DNA from: Thalia democratica
Lineage: Eukaryota
Direction: 5' to 3'
Length of the DNA: 64,000 nucleotides
NCBI GenBank assembly: GCA_965202585.1
Contig: OZ241834.1
Span: 31,806,001-31,870,000 of the forward strand
A program made the position numbers and the translations under genes. The number at the start of each line of letters is the position of its first letter. Position 1 is the stretch's first letter. The notes below the pieces were generated by a model. That model made no database searches and was not told the DNA's origin. It worked only from the letters and a program-made list of their open reading frames with translations. This document shows positions 37,901 through 47,900 of the stretch, piece after piece.

Positions 37901-40900
37901 TACACTCACCTTCGCAGTTTTTTCCTTCCTGGCACGTGTTCATGTGCTTGAGGACGTTCTTCATCGTCTTGCAGTGGACCACCGTGCACTCGACGTGCTC
38001 CCCGTTTTCCTGTTCATGATAAAAATAAAAAATAAAAACTGTTGAGATGCAAGCCATGTTTCTTGAACCGACTTCCGAGAACAACAAAACAAATTGGAAA
38101 TGTTTAACTAATTAGTGTAAATCTCAAACACCGTTTTCTGAGAACTATAAAACATTGCTGAGTACGATTGAAAATATATAGATAACAATCACCATCTGCA
38201 AACAAAATTATCTAGTTGGAGGTTCAAAATGTCTAACCTCCATTTTCGCACACTTGTGGGCGTGCAAGAGAAGAAAAAGCTGCTGCTGGATGAGCTTTCT
38301 TTTTTCGGGGTCCACCGAGGAGGTTCCCGGTCCTGCGGCGTGGAACCGCGGACCGTTCATGTTTCCGGTCGGCGTCTGTTCAGGTGTGCAAGTTTATTTT
38401 AATACATTAGGTTTCATAAAATTAAATTAAAGGTCATAGGGAGGTCCAGGATTTTTTTCACAAAAATGTTCATTGGCACATATTGGAAAGCTTAGAATAT
38501 ACCTTATAATATACTTTATGGAAAATAAAAACATCTCAATTAACTTCATTGGACACTTGACAAGCCTAACTAACCAGGGTCAACAAAAATTGATTATGAG
38601 TTGCGTATTTAGTTCTTAAAATGTACAACTTGATTTTAAACATTGTGTCCTTTAAAAGTACATTTTAGTTTACGAATAAAGTTAAACATGTCTGTAAACT
38701 TTTAAAAGATTTTTTTTATTTGTATTAAAATCTAACATACCAACATTTTTATAATATTTTTCATGTGGATGCTCTTTTATTGAAAGCGTTGAGCAGACGT
38801 ATTCAAAATTTTACTCAAGAATTAAAACAACAAAATAAAAAAACATTATAAGTTCGATTAGATCAACTATTGTCTCACGGTCAAAACATCTTTTAGGTAA
38901 CTTAACTTTATGTTTATCTCAGACGAAAAAAAAAGAATGAGTCCAGTCAAAAATTTCGATCGTGAACTCAAGTTTAAATTGATTAGGACCATGCCGTTTT
39001 AACAATGCAAAAGAACTCAGCTGAGCTATGATGTTATTAATTAGATTCCAAAAAAATGTAATTTCTTTCCTAAACGTTGTACGATATTCAAACACTTCTA
39101 TGTGTTTTTTAATTCAAGGATATCATTTAATTTTGATGCAGTTAAACTTTAGTAAACATACATTTTGAATTTATGAAGAACAACTGTAAACTTTTATTAC
39201 AACCTATTTTTATCGAGCTTTAACAAAATGTGCTTAAACTTTTTTAATTATTTTGTAAAACCTTCTTATGACCAAAGGTTATTTTTAAAAGTTGCTACTT
39301 AAAATTAGCAATTTTGTTACTTAAATATTTCATAATTACTTGAGATGAATAACTTGAGTTTCAACCTAAATAGTAAAACTAACTTTTATTTTATATGTTT
39401 TTATAACTTACATTTTTTTATTATGAAAAATATTAAGCTCTGTCATGTATTATAAACTTTTTTTTTTACTACCATACAAATTGATTAATTAGTATCAGTA
39501 GTTTTGAAAAATTATTCATAAAATTGTTTTTTTTCAAAATTATCAAATTAATCAGTTGAATAATTAGTTTTAAAATACTTAATAGACTGGAACTTAATCT
39601 GAAAAAATAAAAAGTTTGAAATCAAACGCAAGTATCTATCATTTGCAATGAAGAACAGATTTAATTATGTTTGGAGCTTTATGGTAAATCACTAATCTCA
39701 CTATTCAGTAATTTAATCGCTTAGTTGATAGTTCCTCAAAAAAAAAAATTTTCATGTTTGTTTGCCAAGGAAAGCTTACTAGAAGGTACAATACAGGTAA
39801 AAAAATACTTAGTTGCTGGCCTCAGTTATTTTTAATTAGAGATTTTCCTTAGATACAAAAAATAATAACCCAATAATGTATACGTTGATGTACTCTTGAG
39901 CTTGCTTTACTTGATAAACCAGTCTAAATATTCAAAAACTATTTTTTTATTCTTTTCATGTTGTGACACAGTTTTTATTTTTAATTTAAAGTTCAAACAA
40001 CATAAGTTTCAATTAAATAAAAAAAATAAGTGTTCCAACAACTACTAACAGGCATTCTGTTGTTCAGCGGGTGCTGGCGCATCTGCGGGGGGACGACCTG
40101 CCTCTGTCGTTGCTGGGGGTTAAATGGCGCCGTTTGTGGCCGAACCTGAACCCTGAACTGGCCGTGAACCCTCTGGTTGATCTGTTGAACGTTTGACAAC
40201 TTTCAAACAGTAGCATGGTAATAGTTAAGTGTTAGTGAGAGTTGTGAAGCGTAAGAATTAGTTATTTTTTAACTATTTTATTGATAAACGCAACCTGCAG
40301 ACTGTGAATAAATTTCTATAACACTTTGTACTTTAATGTTATATTAAAATATACAGGTTAAAATATCAAAGTATTTTTGTATTGTACTATCAACAGTTTA
40401 AATTTACAAGTAATCACGAACACTGTTGTTGTTCGGTCATTGCTGGGTTATGTACTTCTGAATAAAATTTGTCAATATTTTGTAATTTGGTGTTAGTTTT
40501 AAAATTTGAGGTTTAATAATTAAACGTGCAATATCTTTCACGCTTTGATTTATTAATTAATTTAATTATTAACTTTATCCAAAAAAAATTATAACAAAAC
40601 CACAAACATTGTTGTTGGTGGGCATTATGTTGTTCTGGGTGATGTACTGCGCCTGCCCGTTCTGCACCGGCATCTGCTGCCTGACGTCGCTCGTCCTGAA
40701 CATGCGCTGCCCGTTGCCCATGCTGCCGGCGAGCATCTGGTTGTTCTGCACCTGGATCCTGCCCTGCTGCATGTACTGGTACCCCTGCTGGTTCTGCTGC
40801 GTCTGTCCCACAAACCTCGGCCCGTTCTGCGTTTGAATGATGACAGTTTAATTTAAGAAAATGGTTATCAAACTTTAGTGGGAGGTTTTTTATGCTTTTT

Positions 40901-43551
40901 TTTTTCATTAAGAATAATTAATAAGTTGATAACGGTGAGTGGAAGCTAAAGTTTTTAACTCGAAAAAGCAAATTGCAGTAAATTTTGAAACAGCATGAAT
41001 TTTGGTTTCATTGTAGCTATTTTGATTAAGTAGCATTTATAAAAGCATTTGAAGAAAGAATGTAAATTTACACACCTATTATAACTGTTAATCACAATAA
41101 AAAATTGTCTGTGATTCACACATAGTAGCGCTAATAGCTAATAAATCTCGAGTTTTTTCAATAAACTGAAACACTATTTTTATCTACTACATATCACAAC
41201 TTGTTCATCATTATTAATTAAAGATACGCAATTTCTAAAGCATATGACAAATAGTTTCAATTAATTAAAAAAACTAATTTTCTTTACAGCATTTTGAAAA
41301 AAAAAATTATATAAAGAATAAAACTGCTTCTTAAACTAGAGCAGTTTAAAAATTTTACTATTAAAATAACAATGATAGTAAAATATTTCTTTTTATACTC
41401 AAGCTGCTCTACAATAAAAAAAAGCTTTTAAAAGCCAGCTGAATATAAAAATTGCGGGTAATTTCTCCAACTCTATTAAAGTGTTTTTTCCCAACACAGA
41501 TTAGCAATATTTTTGTTATTGCAATAGTATGTGCTGTGCTAAAAAATTTATTTATCAAAAATACACAGCTTCATGAACCAAAATCTCAATAACATAAAAT
41601 TTCAGTTATCAAAAATATATAAAAATAACAGCTAGATTACTGGTTATTTTTATTTTTAAGATTATTGAACTTACTTATGTAATCGAAACCAAACTTTTTA
41701 CCTGGTTTCTTATTTGTTAATAAGTAAATGTTACAAGAAATATAACGAACTCATACCATAAAATAAACATTATACTTCAAAAGATTTAAATAAAATATGT
41801 AAATACCATTGATAAAAAACCCTTTTAGACTGTTGCTAAATAGATTAATAAATCTAGAACGAATTAAACAACATTTAAAAGTTGTGAAACTACTTTAATG
41901 CTTGTTTTAAAAAAATCAAAAACTAACAAATATAAAACACAAAAAAAAGAGTATAAACCTGTAACTTTAAGCTCAAAATAAAAGTGAAAGTTGTTGATTA
42001 TAATTTGGAATAAATAAAATAATAATATATTTTTATAACACAGAAATTTGAACAAATAACATAAACTTACTTACAACTAGCATTTATTATTTTTGGTGTT
42101 GGTCTAATTCTACAAATAAGCAAATTGAGATAAACACAGAAATAGGACTATCAAACAAACTTTTCAATTAAAAACAAACAATTCATTTTTTTTTAATTAA
42201 CCAAGTAGGCACATTTTTAAAAAAACTAAATAACTACTGAAAAATAACAAAAACTGATAAAATTATAATAAAAAAAACTTTTTTACAAAGAAAACACTAC
42301 TAAACAACTACGTTACTCAAACAAACCCTGTTTAATTGAGTTAAAAAACCATACTGGCACTTTTTTTTTTTGATATCTAAGTTTATATTTTGAGGTATTA
42401 AAACAAACAAACTATAAAAAAAAGTTTAACTACTGTAAAGCATACATCCTGATTACTAAGATTTAAACTTTTCATCACACTACTTCATAAAAAATTCAAC
42501 TAAAACACAACAGACACAAATTTTACTTACTTGCATGTTAGGTCGGCTGACCCCCGAAGAAAAGTTGTTGTTGGGAACAATGTTCTGCGACATCGTCGAC
42601 ATCCTGTTGTTGATGATGTGGTGCTGCTGCTGGGAACTGGAAAACTGAGGTAGGCTGTTCATCCTCTGCTGCTGCTGCAGCGAGACCTGCTGGGAGTTCT
42701 GAGAGGTGATCATCACGTTTGGCGGGAAACTCCCCGATTGCTGGGGCATTTGATTGTTGATGCTCTGCTGCAGTTGACTGTTTGGTCTTGCTAGGGTCAG
42801 CTGGGGGCTCGCGTGCACGTCAAACTGTGTAGTGGGAGTCATCTTCTGGTTGTGGTTGCCCATCTGCTGCTGAGACTGGACAACTGAGTTGGGGGTCGAG
42901 GACGCCAGCGGCATGGGAACAGGGATTGAAACTTGGGAGGAGCTTGCGGGCGGGCGCACCATGACAATGGGGCTGGACAGCGAGGGAGAAGCAATTGAGT
43001 TCTGCTTGTTGTCGTTCTGATTGTTTAACAACATGTTGGATGGGTTCATTGCTTGCTGCTGCTGCGGGGGGCTCATAAGGTTTCCCTGGATGTTTTGGAC
43101 GTTGGAGCCCTGGGTGCTGATGGGGGTTAGTATAGCGTTAGTGTTTCCATTGCTAGCGTCTGGACTTGTGATGGTGTTCTGTGTGGGAGCGCTCAGCAAG
43201 TCGTTTGTCTGACCACCGAGAAGCTCATCCGGTAGTTCAGGTGCGCTAATGAATGAATCTGAGAAAATATTTATATTTAAATGAACTAATCAATTAATTT
43301 CTTTTTCAATGTATTGGTGACATTGAAGCAAATAAACCTGTAAAGTAAAGCATCTTAAAATAATGTAAGACTGTTTGAACCAACTTAAACTTTTTGCTTT
43401 AAATTAGTTATATTATATCTTTAAGAATTTTAGAATATTTATAAAAAAAATTATACATTATCTTAATAGTAGAAAAAACCAAGACTTGTTTTTGCTACAC
43501 TAAGTAATTACCTGGCTTTGTTCTTTTTGTAGTTGGTGAGCTTTCTGCCAT
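16598..43551 (-). CDS. CREBBP: CBP/p300-family histone/lysine acetyltransferase (KAT3), 33 coding exons, ~2071 aa
   Basis: Manual splicing gives a continuous frame with all-GT-AG introns. Motifs: N-term [23 protein letters not shown]1 ([21 protein letters not shown]), KIX ([31 protein letters not shown]), bromo ([26 protein letters not shown]), RING, PHD, HAT ([51 protein letters not shown]), ZZ, TAZ2. CREBBP versus EP300 cannot be resolved (likely a single invertebrate orthologue). Confidence 0.97.
17555..17659 (-). CDS. CREBBP: CBP exon 32, Q-rich
   Basis: accag/gtcagt; 105 nt, phase 0-0, open. Confidence 0.78.
17924..18079 (-). CDS. CREBBP: CBP exon 31
   Basis: tcaag/gtatgt; 156 nt, phase 0-0, GC3-rich, open. 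Confidence 0.87.
18349..19026 (-). CDS. CREBBP: CBP exon 30, TAZ2 end and Q/P/M-rich tail
   Basis: [27 protein letters not shown]; cacag/gtgagt; 678 nt. Confidence 0.95.
19312..19422 (-). CDS. CREBBP: CBP exon 29, TAZ2
   Basis: [27 protein letters not shown]; ttcag/gtgagt. Confidence 0.96.
19718..19930 (-). CDS. CREBBP: CBP exon 28, ZZ end and TAZ2 start
   Basis: [33 protein letters not shown]; acaag/gtttgt. Confidence 0.95.
20328..20441 (-). CDS. CREBBP: CBP exon 27, ZZ start
   Basis: [25 protein letters not shown]; aacag/gttagt. Confidence 0.95.
20887..21051 (-). CDS. CREBBP: CBP exon 26, HAT end
   Basis: [40 protein letters not shown]; tccag/gtgagt. Confidence 0.96.
21461..21607 (-). 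CDS. CREBBP: CBP exon 25, Lys-rich autoinhibitory loop
   Basis: [34 protein letters not shown]; tgcag/gtattg. Confidence 0.93.
22033..22227 (-). CDS. CREBBP: CBP exon 24, HAT
   Basis: [25 protein letters not shown]; cacag/gtccgt. Confidence 0.96.
23361..23499 (-). CDS. CREBBP: CBP exon 23, HAT catalytic core
   Basis: [42 protein letters not shown] (catalytic WY motif intact); aacag/gtgagt. Confidence 0.98.
23912..24057 (-). CDS. CREBBP: CBP exon 22, HAT
   Basis: [38 protein letters not shown]; aaaag/gttcgt. Confidence 0.97.
24288..24399 (-). CDS. CREBBP: CBP exon 21, HAT
   Basis: [22 protein letters not shown]; ttcag/gtaagt. Confidence 0.96.
25410..25631 (-). CDS. CREBBP: CBP exon 20, PHD end and HAT start
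   Basis: [26 protein letters not shown]; cgcag/gtttgt. Confidence 0.95.
26655..26789 (-). CDS. CREBBP: CBP exon 19, PHD
   Basis: [24 protein letters not shown]; aacag/gttcgt; phase 2-2. Confidence 0.95.
27433..27629 (-). CDS. CREBBP: CBP exon 18, RING
   Basis: [25 protein letters not shown]; cacag/gtaaaa; phase 0 to 2. Confidence 0.95.
27886..28125 (-). CDS. CREBBP: CBP exon 17, bromodomain
   Basis: [40 protein letters not shown]; cacag/gttggt. Confidence 0.97.
28392..28510 (-). CDS. CREBBP: CBP exon 16, bromodomain start
   Basis: [25 protein letters not shown]; ttcag/gtgaga. Confidence 0.93.
28601..28697 (-). CDS. CREBBP: CBP exon 15
   Basis: aacag/gtgaga; 97 nt, supplies the phase 0 to 1 shift before the bromodomain. 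Confidence 0.78.
28890..29186 (-). CDS. CREBBP: CBP exon 14, Q-rich
   Basis: cgcag/gtagcg; 297 nt, phase 0-0, GC3-rich. Confidence 0.88.
29535..29636 (-). CDS. CREBBP: CBP exon 13
   Basis: tgcag/gtaaag; 102 nt, phase 0-0, open. Confidence 0.78.
29744..29871 (-). CDS. CREBBP: CBP exon 12
   Basis: ccgcag/gtcagt; 128 nt, phase 1 to 0, open. Confidence 0.85.
30175..30265 (-). CDS. CREBBP: CBP exon 11, KIX end
   Basis: [23 protein letters not shown]; tacag/gtgagt; phase 0 to 1. Confidence 0.95.
30477..30778. mobile_element. hAT-like MITE in CBP intron 10
   Basis: TIRs CAGAGTTGCCACT/AGTGGCAACCCTG with internal ttccaggtttt repeats; TSD not evident. Confidence 0.65.
30872..30989 (-). CDS. CREBBP: CBP exon 10, KIX middle
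   Basis: [32 protein letters not shown]; tgcag/gtttgt; phase 2 to 0. Confidence 0.95.
32119..32178 (-). CDS. Putative alternative cassette exon within KIX (20 aa, [20 protein letters not shown])
   Basis: ttttatcag acceptor, AG|gtaaac donor; 60 nt, phase 2-2 matching the host intron; no stop in frame. Confidence 0.6.
33585..34088. mobile_element. Possible hAT-like MITE in CBP intron 9
   Basis: CAAGATTGCCAC ... TGGCAACCCTG termini only. Confidence 0.35.
34390..34790. promoter_or_regulatory. CpG/TCGCGA-rich promoter-like island inside CBP intron 9
   Basis: Non-coding GC/CpG-rich patch with TCTCGCGA, CTCGCGAG and TTCGCGAA motifs and T-tracts, in an intron that is otherwise very AT-rich. Confidence 0.45.
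35120..35203 (-). CDS. CREBBP: CBP exon 9, KIX start
   Basis: [19 protein letters not shown]; tgcag/gtaagt; 84 nt, phase 2-2. Confidence 0.92.
36152..36209 (-). CDS. CREBBP: CBP exon 8, short linker
   Basis: tatcag/gtaagt, 58 nt, open, and supplies the phase 1 to 2 shift needed between exons 7 and 9. Confidence 0.8.
36989..37273 (-). CDS. CREBBP: CBP exon 7, TAZ1 end
   Basis: [29 protein letters not shown]; tccag/gtttgt; 285 nt, phase 1-1. Confidence 0.95.
37588..37680 (-). CDS. Putative alternative cassette exon within TAZ1 (31 aa, [30 protein letters not shown])
   Basis: GC island in an AT-rich intron; aaag acceptor, gttcga donor; 93 nt, phase 1-1 matching the host intron; no stop in frame. 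Confidence 0.55.
37910..38009 (-). CDS. CREBBP: CBP exon 6, TAZ1 middle
   Basis: [19 protein letters not shown]; aacag/gtgagt; 100 nt, phase 0 to 1. Confidence 0.95.
38238..38375 (-). CDS. CREBBP: CBP exon 5, TAZ1 start
   Basis: [25 protein letters not shown]; aacag/gttaga; 138 nt. Confidence 0.95.
40050..40199 (-). CDS. CREBBP: CBP exon 4, Q/P-rich
   Basis: gaaag acceptor, gttagt donor, 150 nt, phase 0-0. Confidence 0.8.
40608..40826 (-). CDS. CREBBP: CBP exon 3, Q-rich
   Basis: cgcag acceptor, gtttgt donor, 219 nt, phase 0-0. Confidence 0.88.
42531..43258 (-). CDS. CREBBP: CBP exon 2, [14 protein letters not shown] then Q/N/S-rich region
   Basis: tctcag acceptor, gtaagt donor, 728 nt, phase 1 to 0; overlaps ORF 42480..43199. 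Confidence 0.92.
43512..43551 (-). CDS. CREBBP: CBP exon 1 (coding part), [13 protein letters not shown]
   Basis: ATG at 43551; cag acceptor 16 nt upstream (exon starts 43567); gtaatt donor; phase 1; resembles CBP MAENLLDGPPNPKRAKL. Confidence 0.85.
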
Positions 43552-45677
43552 TATTAAACCGATTGATCTGTGAAATTTAAATTAATATCAAACATCTAAA
43601 ACAAAATAAACTTTTGGTAAATGTTTTTAAGCTAAAAAAAACATTAACATAAATAGTAAGTAAATAGTTAGTTAAACAAAAATGAGTAAATTATAGCTAG
43701 TTAATAAAATACTTTTTTTTTTACGATTGTACTTATTTAATAATTTCCCACAAAGTAACATTTATAGCTGTGATCATATTTTACTATCTAGTACTTTTAT
43801 CAGAAAATGTTTCAACCTTTATACTATTTTTTGAGTTTTATATGTTTTGATTTTTCGAAAACTAATAAAAAGATCTCAACTCTTAGAGGATAAATTATAT
43901 TTATTAAATTCTTTCAAGATATTTTAAAGCAGACTCAGTTTTGGTCAAAGACCTCTTTAGTGCTTATTGAAAAAAATCTAGAAAGATATATTATAGTCAT
44001 GGAAAACAGTGCTAAAAAAAAAAAAATTGAGTAAGATCTAGCCTTCAAATCTTTAAATATTTTAAAACTGTTCAAGCTTATATTTTATTTGTCAAAATAA
44101 TCAAAGCTATAAATGCTTCAATTGTAAATATAAAATTTAAATATATATAAATGATATTATATTTATCTATATTATACCTATGTGTTTAAACTTCTTATAA
44201 ATATTAAGTATTCAAATTTACTGGGGCTATATAAAAACTTATTTACTTAAAAATAACTAAAACAGACTTACTTTTTTAATAACTTCAAAGCATTAAACAA
44301 TAATTTTTTAATAAAATATGTGAACTATTAAAAAATTAAATTAAAACAAATTAATTATACGCCTGTAAATAATACATTTGTTCAAAGTCAGTTTTCTACA
44401 TCTCTATATTTAAGTTCTTTAACAATTTAAAACATACTTTATTAAGATCCTAAAAATTGTTTTTTATTATTAATACTATAAATTAGTAAAAATTGTTACT
44501 AGTATTAGAAATAAGGTTTAAAAAAAAAACATATACATATGAACTATAAATTCTCAAAAATATTTTGTTTCTGAAACTAAAATGAAGAGAGTAATAATTT
44601 TATAATGATAAATACATTTGTAGATCATACAAACAATTGTTTCTTGAGACTTGATAAAATGTGTTTAAGTACCTTGTAAATATAAAATACAAAGAATACC
44701 TACTTAACTAATTTTTGTTCTTTATCCACCTCAAAAATAATATCAACAAATAAACCCAGAACCACAAAGCTTTGCTCAAACTTTAATCTTTTTTAAAACC
44801 CAATACTAAATTTCTGGATTTAAAATACTAAATCTTGAATCTAAAATCAATACTAAATAACTGGAAATTTGTTTTCAAAAAAAAATCAAACAACAGCATT
44901 ATAATTTTGAAATAATACTAATGTCTAAGGTTTAATAAAACTTCTTGGGTAATTTTTGTTAAAAACCTCTTTTTATTCATCCAACACCAAACTATTATTT
45001 ACAAAACAAATTACTTAGTGAAACTTGAATATTACAGTGATTTTAGATTTTAATAGGTTACAAAAATTACTAGAAGATTTATGATTTAAAAAAAGTGTAT
45101 GTATATCTTTATTAAATCTATTTAAGGACATAAGAGGTTAAATCACTTATATCTAAAATTAGTCTTATTTTTACATAAAATACCATTTATTTTTACAATT
45201 TAAAAAATTCAAAGTAATTTAAGCAACCCAAGTTAGAGAATTCATTAGGTTTATATGGGAGGCACAAAATAACAAGACAAAAACAGATTATTTCACTAAA
45301 AATCTACTCCTCCTATGGTTTTTGAGGGATTGTTTTTAAATTTTCTCAGTCTAATCTTTTATAAATTTTGAACATCTTGTGGGAAAATTTTTTTGTAACT
45401 TTTATCTTAAAACTTTCTTTTATAATTTTTTTATTCTAACATAACACTTTTGATTTTTTTTTAATCTGCTTCTTATAAGTTATTTGTAATACTAAAAAAA
45501 AAAATTCCTGAAAATTTGAAGTAAACAGCTTTTAAAAAGAGGAAGAAATTAATTTCTAAGTAAATTTTTTTCTTCCAAAAAAATCTCCATGTTGTATTTG
45601 AATTTTTTACAGAACTGGTTATACCTCAAAAGTTGGTTCAAGTGTTTTGTTCTCCAAAAAATTTCTTTCAGTATATA

Positions 45678-46017
45678 CAGGGTTGCCAAATATCTTTTTT
45701 AGAAGTTTTATCAAAGAGTTCTAAATTTATTCCAGGTTTTTAAAGAACAATTTTTTTTGTCCTTGTTTATTAAATAAATTTAAGAAAAAAAAAGGTTTTT
45801 TTCTATTGATAAATTTTTTGTATCTAATCAAAATTTCATTACTTAAATGAAAAAATACTTTATAATTTCCAGGTTTTTAGTGATTTTTATTCTAAATTCA
45901 AAGTTTTTTTCTAGTTTTCCTTTAAAATTATTCAAATTACAGGATTTTCCAGTTATTTTTAACTAAATTGTCAAATTTCAGGCCTTTTTGGGGATTATAG
46001 TTTTTCTGGCAAACTTT
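45678..46017. mobile_element. hAT-like MITE, same family as 30477-30778
   Basis: CAGGGTTGCCA ... TGGCAAACTT with ttccaggttttt repeats. Confidence 0.55.
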
Positions 46018-47267
46018 TATAACTTCTAAAACTTACATAAAGGTCTTTTTAAACTAGATATAAACCATTAGTATTATTTTAGTAAAATTTAATGGCTAAA
46101 AATTTGTTTAAGCTACATCCCAACACAACTGAAAAAATTTTCAAAAACCTTTATGCCTCAAAACTAGCTCAGTATTTTAATTATTTAAAAAAATAATGAT
46201 ATCTTAATCTAAAACAAAGGGTAATGAACTAGTATAAAACATCCAGTGCATTACTTAAACAAAAATTAACCATTTAAACACTTTTGGGTGTGTTATCTAA
46301 AACACAAATTAATGTGTAAATTTAAATATTTAAGGGCATAGACACATTTTTTTTCATGGTGATATGTTTTAACAATAAATTTGGTTGATTGTTGTTTTTT
46401 ACTGTTTTTTTTTTAATTCCAATTAGGTTTTGAGTTATAAGGGTATAAACTAGGAGAGTTCAGTGGAAGGGTCAAGTTACAGAAAGGTCAGGTTATGGAA
46501 AGGTCAAGTTAAACAGAAAAGAAAAGACTATTTTAAAACTATCTTCTAAAATTTCCAATCAATCATTGTTAAATTTCAAAGTCTTATCATAAGTTATTAA
46601 CAAACATTTATAAAAATAGAAAAGGTAGAATATCAATTCATTTTTTTGTGTAAAACTAATTTTAATTGCTACAACTTTTTTCTTTATATCCAAGTAACAT
46701 TTCCTGAAAATTTTTGGTTAATTTCATAAAAAATAAAGGAGAAGGATTTTTAAAAGTTTTAAAATTTTTAACATTATTACCAAAAAACTGTGGTTTATAC
46801 ATTAGCATTAAAAATTTTACAAAAATAACTAAATCTCAAAATGAACTAATATTATTATATTATACAAAAACTGATTTACAGTTTGTTTCTAAATTTTTCT
46901 TCTAAGAACCAGTATTAATTTTCTTTAACTCCTTACCCTTTTCTATGTGTATCAGTATGATATACTAATGCTAATTGTTTAAAAAAAATTAAATTCTATT
47001 TATTATGGCTAAAATCTACTATTGGCTAACTTTCATCTTTATTTAACTGTAGACTTTTGTTTTGAGAACTATCTAAATTTAAAGTTTAAACACAAAGATG
47101 TTGTTTTGAACATAAACAAGCACACTAAAATACTTAATTTTGATAGCCTTGCACTTTTATATTTATGGTTATGAACAAATAAAGTAGTTCTAGAATAATT
47201 AAATTGAATGAGAAGAAAAATATTTGAATGTTGAATGTGATTAACAAACAACTTTAACCTTTGGTGG

Positions 47268-47900
47268 ACATGAGGGTGCATTGGTTGCCCCTTAAAAATG
47301 AAAATGTTTGAGTAGCTAAATGATATTTTTTTCAGCATGGGGAATCACATAAAAAACAACAAAAAACTACTAGCTTCCTAACTTTTAACACTGTGGCGCT
47401 CATTAAACTTTTCTGAAAACAACCTTTATATAAATTGTATGGGACCTTAAAAATTAAACCTTGAAGTCTTTAGTTACAAATTTTTGTACATATAGCAATC
47501 ATCACAAAACACATCATTTGCGTTTTAAAACAATTTAAGAAAGTTTCACGGAGGAACTTCTTGATTTTCTCAAAAAAATAAAAATAGCAAAAAATGATAA
47601 AAACTACAGGAAACCAAAAAATGCCTTCATAAGACTTTCTTCAAATTGTCTTATAACACATAAAATGTGTTTTTGTGATAATTGCTATATGTAAAAAATC
47701 TGCAGCTAAAATTTTGGAAGTTGAATTTTTAAGGTCCCTTACAATTTACATAAAGGTCTCTTTCAAAAATGTAAAGTGTGCAACAGTGGTAAAAGCTAGG
47801 AAGCTAATATTTTTTGTTTTGTTTATTTATGTGATCCCAGCGCTGAAAAAAGTTTCATTTTGAAACTTGAGGGTGGGGGAAACAGATGCACCTTAGTGGA
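47268..47900. mobile_element. MITE with long imperfect TIRs
   Basis: Nested inverted matches (ggaatcacataaa/tttatgtgatccc; gggaccttaaaaatt/aatttttaaggtccc); related copy in opposite orientation at ~62.8-63.35 kb. Confidence 0.7.

Noticed and set aside
16985-43511. Non-canonical introns of the Fritillaria/Oikopleura type
   Set aside because: All 32 inferred introns are GT-AG and phases close without exceptions
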